Shown here: piece after piece, positions 61,301-64,000 of the stretch
Layout: every line of letters starts with the position of its first letter
How positions within the stretch are numbered: position 1 is the first letter of the stretch
Assembly (NCBI GenBank): GCA_002269645.1
Contig: NIVC01002221.1
Location: forward strand, 62,001-126,000
Direction: 5' to 3'
DNA: 64,000 bases
Source of the DNA: Macrostomum lignano
Lineage: Eukaryota
Position numbers and translations under genes: made by a program
The notes under the pieces: model-generated
The model's input: the letters and a program-made list of their open reading frames with translations, nothing else
What the model was told of the DNA's origin: nothing
The model's database searches: none

Positions 61301-63858
61301 CAAGATCCCATCTAACAGACTCAAGATCCCATCTAACAGACTCAAGATCCCATTTAACAGACTCAAGATGCCATCTAACAGACACAAGATCCCATCTAAC
61401 AGACACTCAAGATCCCATCTAACGGACTCAAGATCCCATCTAACAGACTCAAGATCCCATCTAACAGACTCAAGATCCCATCTAACAGACTCAAGATCCC
61501 ATCTAACGGACTCAAGATCCCATCTAACAGACTCAAGATCCCATCTAACGGACTCAAGATCCCATCTGACAGACTCAAGATACCATCTAACAGACTCAAG
61601 ATCCCATTTAACAGACTCAAGATCCCATCTAACAGACTCAAGATCCCATTTAACAGACACAAGATCCCATCTAATAGACAATCAAGATCCCATCTAACAG
61701 ACACCCAAGATGCCATCTAACAGACACAAGATGCCATCTAACAGACACTCAAGATCCCATCTAACAGACACAAGATCCCATCTAACAGACACAAGATCCC
61801 ATCTAACAGACACAAGATCCCATCTAACAGACAATCAAGATCCCATCTAACAGACTCAAGATCCCATTAAACAGACTCAAGATCCCATCTAACAGACACA
61901 AGATGCCATCTAACAGACACTCAAGATCCCATCTAACAGACAAGCAAGATCCCATCTAACAGACAATCAAGATCCCATCTAACAGACTGAAGATCCCATC
62001 TAACAGACTCAAGATCTCACCTAACAGACAAGCAAGATCCCATCTAACAGACAATCAAGATCCCATCTAACAGACTGAAGATCCCATCTAACAGACTCAA
62101 GATGCCATCTCCATCAACCGAACTGACCCTCAAACCCGGGCGAGCAGCTGCAGTTGAAGTAAGGCGGCTCAAGGGACACCCCCAGACAGGTGCCGTTGAT
62201 GCACACAGGCAGGCTGGTGATGTTGAGGTCCGGCTGCAGCTGGCTGCAGTAGTTTGACGCGGTGGAACAGTAGGGCGGGATGTAGGGCAGCGGGCAGATG
62301 CACGGCGGCGAGGCCGTGATATTGTTGCAGATGCCGCCGTTTTTGCAGTCGGTCGGGGTGCATGTGGTTGCGCGCCTGACGCGGGAAAGGGCGCCGAGTT
62401 GTTGCGAGTCTGCTGTGGCGCGATTAGGGAGACGACTGTACTGTATTACTGTCTCACAGGAACTTAAGTGCAACTCCCTGGCTTCTGTAATCGCCTTCTA
62501 TTTCCTCTCAAATCTAATCTCTCTCTGTCTAGTCTAATCTCCATCCTCTCAAATCTAATCTCTCTCTGTCTAATCTAATCTCCATCCTCTCAAATCTAAT
62601 CTCTCTCTGTCTAGTCTAATCTCCATCCTCTCAAATCTAATCTCTCTCTGTCTAATCTAATCTCTCCCTGTCTAATCTAATTCCCTTCCATCCTCTCAAA
62701 TCTAATCTCTCCCTGTCTAATCTAATTCCCTTCCATCCTCTCAAATCTAACCTCTCCCTGTCTAATTTAATCTCCATTCTCTCAAATCTAATCTCTCCTT
62801 GTCTAATCTAATTCCCTTCCATCCTCTCAAATCTAACCTCTCCCTGTCTAATCTAATCTCCATTCTCTCAAATCTAATCTCTCCTTGTCTAATCTAATTC
62901 CCTTCCATCCTCTCAAATCTAATCTCTCCCTGTCTAATCTAACCTCCCTTCATCCTCTCAAATCGAATCTCTCCCTGTCAAATCCAATCTCCATTCTCTC
63001 AAATCTAATCTGTCCCTGTCTAATCTAATCTCTTTTCATCTTCTCAAATCTAATCTCACCCTGGCTACTTTTATCTCCCTCAATCCTTTTGATTCGACTG
63101 TCTGTGTCTTATCTAACCCTTATTTTATCGAATATAATCTATCATCTATATAATCTGCTCTCATAGTACTCCTTTTCAAATTCTTCCTTCACTCATTCCC
63201 CTCTGTATTCTCGTCTCACCCTCCGCACAGTCTCCTACGCCTCTGATCTCCCCTCTCATTTATTCTCACATCCGGCGCAGCCGCTGGCCGACCAGTTGTT
63301 GAAGCAGTGCCGGCCTCCGCCCGCCTCGTCCCGGACGCAGCCATCAAAGGCGGACACAGCCAGGAGGTGCGCCGAACCGTCCGCCAAGCCGTCACTGTCA
63401 GCGCCGGGGCTGGTCTCGAACCGGCAAACACCTTCTCCCAGACTAGCATTGACAGCGCGCGACACTTCAACTTTAATGAGAATATTATCACCGCGACCGG
63501 ACACCAAAGTGGACAGCTGAAGGTCGCCCACCGGATTCGAAGCCCTCCCAGCAGTGCGCAGTTCGCAGGCCTGCACCCGGCCGAGCTGGGGCTGGCTGAA
63601 CAGCACCGTGTGACCATCGCCATCCGCAGTAGACACCGGTTGCCAGGCAACAGAAAAGGCCGCCCGGCCAAGAGTTGGAGCTGTTAGGAGAGATAGCCCA
63701 AGTCCTCGATTCCTGCTGCTCTGACAGGCTGTGAATTTGAGACTGGTGTCGTTGTCCATGGCAACCATGATAGCGTCCTTGTCGTGCGGAGCTGCAAAAG
63801 CCGCTGCCGTTGCCGTGGACGCCGTCAGGGCGGTAAAAAATAGCAACCAGACAAGCAT
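55313..63858 (-). CDS. crb: Crumbs-family transmembrane protein (compact, about 722 aa: signal peptide, unknown N-terminal domain, about 6 EGF, 1 laminin G, TM, FERM-binding and ERLI motifs)
   Basis: Exons 63858-63270, 62412-62128, 59728-59536, 58875-58760, 57411-56569, 55455-55313 (2169 nt, GT-AG, phases consistent). Cytoplasmic tail RNRRSETGQYRPSKEE...PPTEERLI*. Calcium-binding EGF DINECSSKPC. Crumbs-like FEC..ATF junction before the LamG core FKGCLDEVRLNG. Confidence 0.9.
55615..56435. repeat. 22-bp minisatellite, crumbs intron 5
   Basis: Unit GTCTAACAGGTATCTGTCTCAT. Confidence 0.96.
57575..57876 (-). mobile_element. tRNA-derived SINE with V/Meta-SINE-like central domain, crumbs intron 4 (3' boundary approximate)
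   Basis: The minus strand reads TAGCCTGCTGCTTAG (A-box-like), GGTTCGATTCTC (B-box, 57817-57828), TGTGTCCTTGAGCAAGACACTT and CACCCAGCTGTGAAATGGGTGCC. Confidence 0.75.
58922..59455. repeat. About 16-18-bp C/A-rich minisatellite, crumbs intron 3
   Basis: Unit approximately CCCCACAAATCCAAAA. Confidence 0.94.
59795..60380. repeat. 23-bp minisatellite, crumbs intron 2
   Basis: Unit AAGATCCCATCTAACAGACAC(T/C)C. Confidence 0.96.
61082..62110. repeat. 21-bp minisatellite, crumbs intron 2
   Basis: Unit AAGATCCCATCTAACAGACTC. Confidence 0.96.
62505..63065. repeat. About 41-46-bp pyrimidine-rich minisatellite, crumbs intron 1
   Basis: Unit approximately CTCTCAAATCTAATCTCTCCCTGTCTAATCTAATCTCCATC. Confidence 0.92.
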
Positions 63859-64000
63859 CGATGCACTTTTACGGTTAGTGTTGCCCGATCGAAAACGCCT
63901 TGCTTGATGAAAATGAAGGGTTTTATATAAGGGAAGGCAGCCTTCGTCTTCAGTAGCGCGCCTGCCCCATCTGGTTGGTCAGGGCTGCAGCGGCGAATAG

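Overview
Animal genomic DNA, not prokaryotic. The myosin N-terminus ([17 protein letters not shown]), the GC-rich exons and the minisatellite-filled introns suggest a flatworm such as Macrostomum; this is an inference. I assembled five protein genes by hand from splice sites. They are the 5' part of a group I PAK-like gene (minus strand, runs off the left edge), an intronless 100-aa secreted 6-Cys peptide (minus), DIP2 (plus, 9 exons, about 1674 aa), a muscle myosin II heavy chain (plus, 16 coding exons, about 1943 aa, one GC-AG intron), and a compact Crumbs-like protein (minus, 6 exons, about 722 aa, ending ERLI). Roughly 27 kb (about 40%) is about 29 different tandem arrays, mostly inside introns. 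Almost all long ORFs in the supplied track are artefacts of these arrays or antisense shadows of GC-rich exons. Also present are two MITE-like elements, a Mutator-like relic carrying a PHD exon, and a tRNA-derived SINE. I saw no CRISPR array, rRNA or tRNA gene. The most interesting observations are the split or duplicated PAK autoregulatory module, the mini-Crumbs with a non-canonical N-terminus, the orphan Cys peptide, and the system of intron-specific minisatellites (related families, ~10-bp-multiple periods, mutually complementary arrays in one pre-mRNA).
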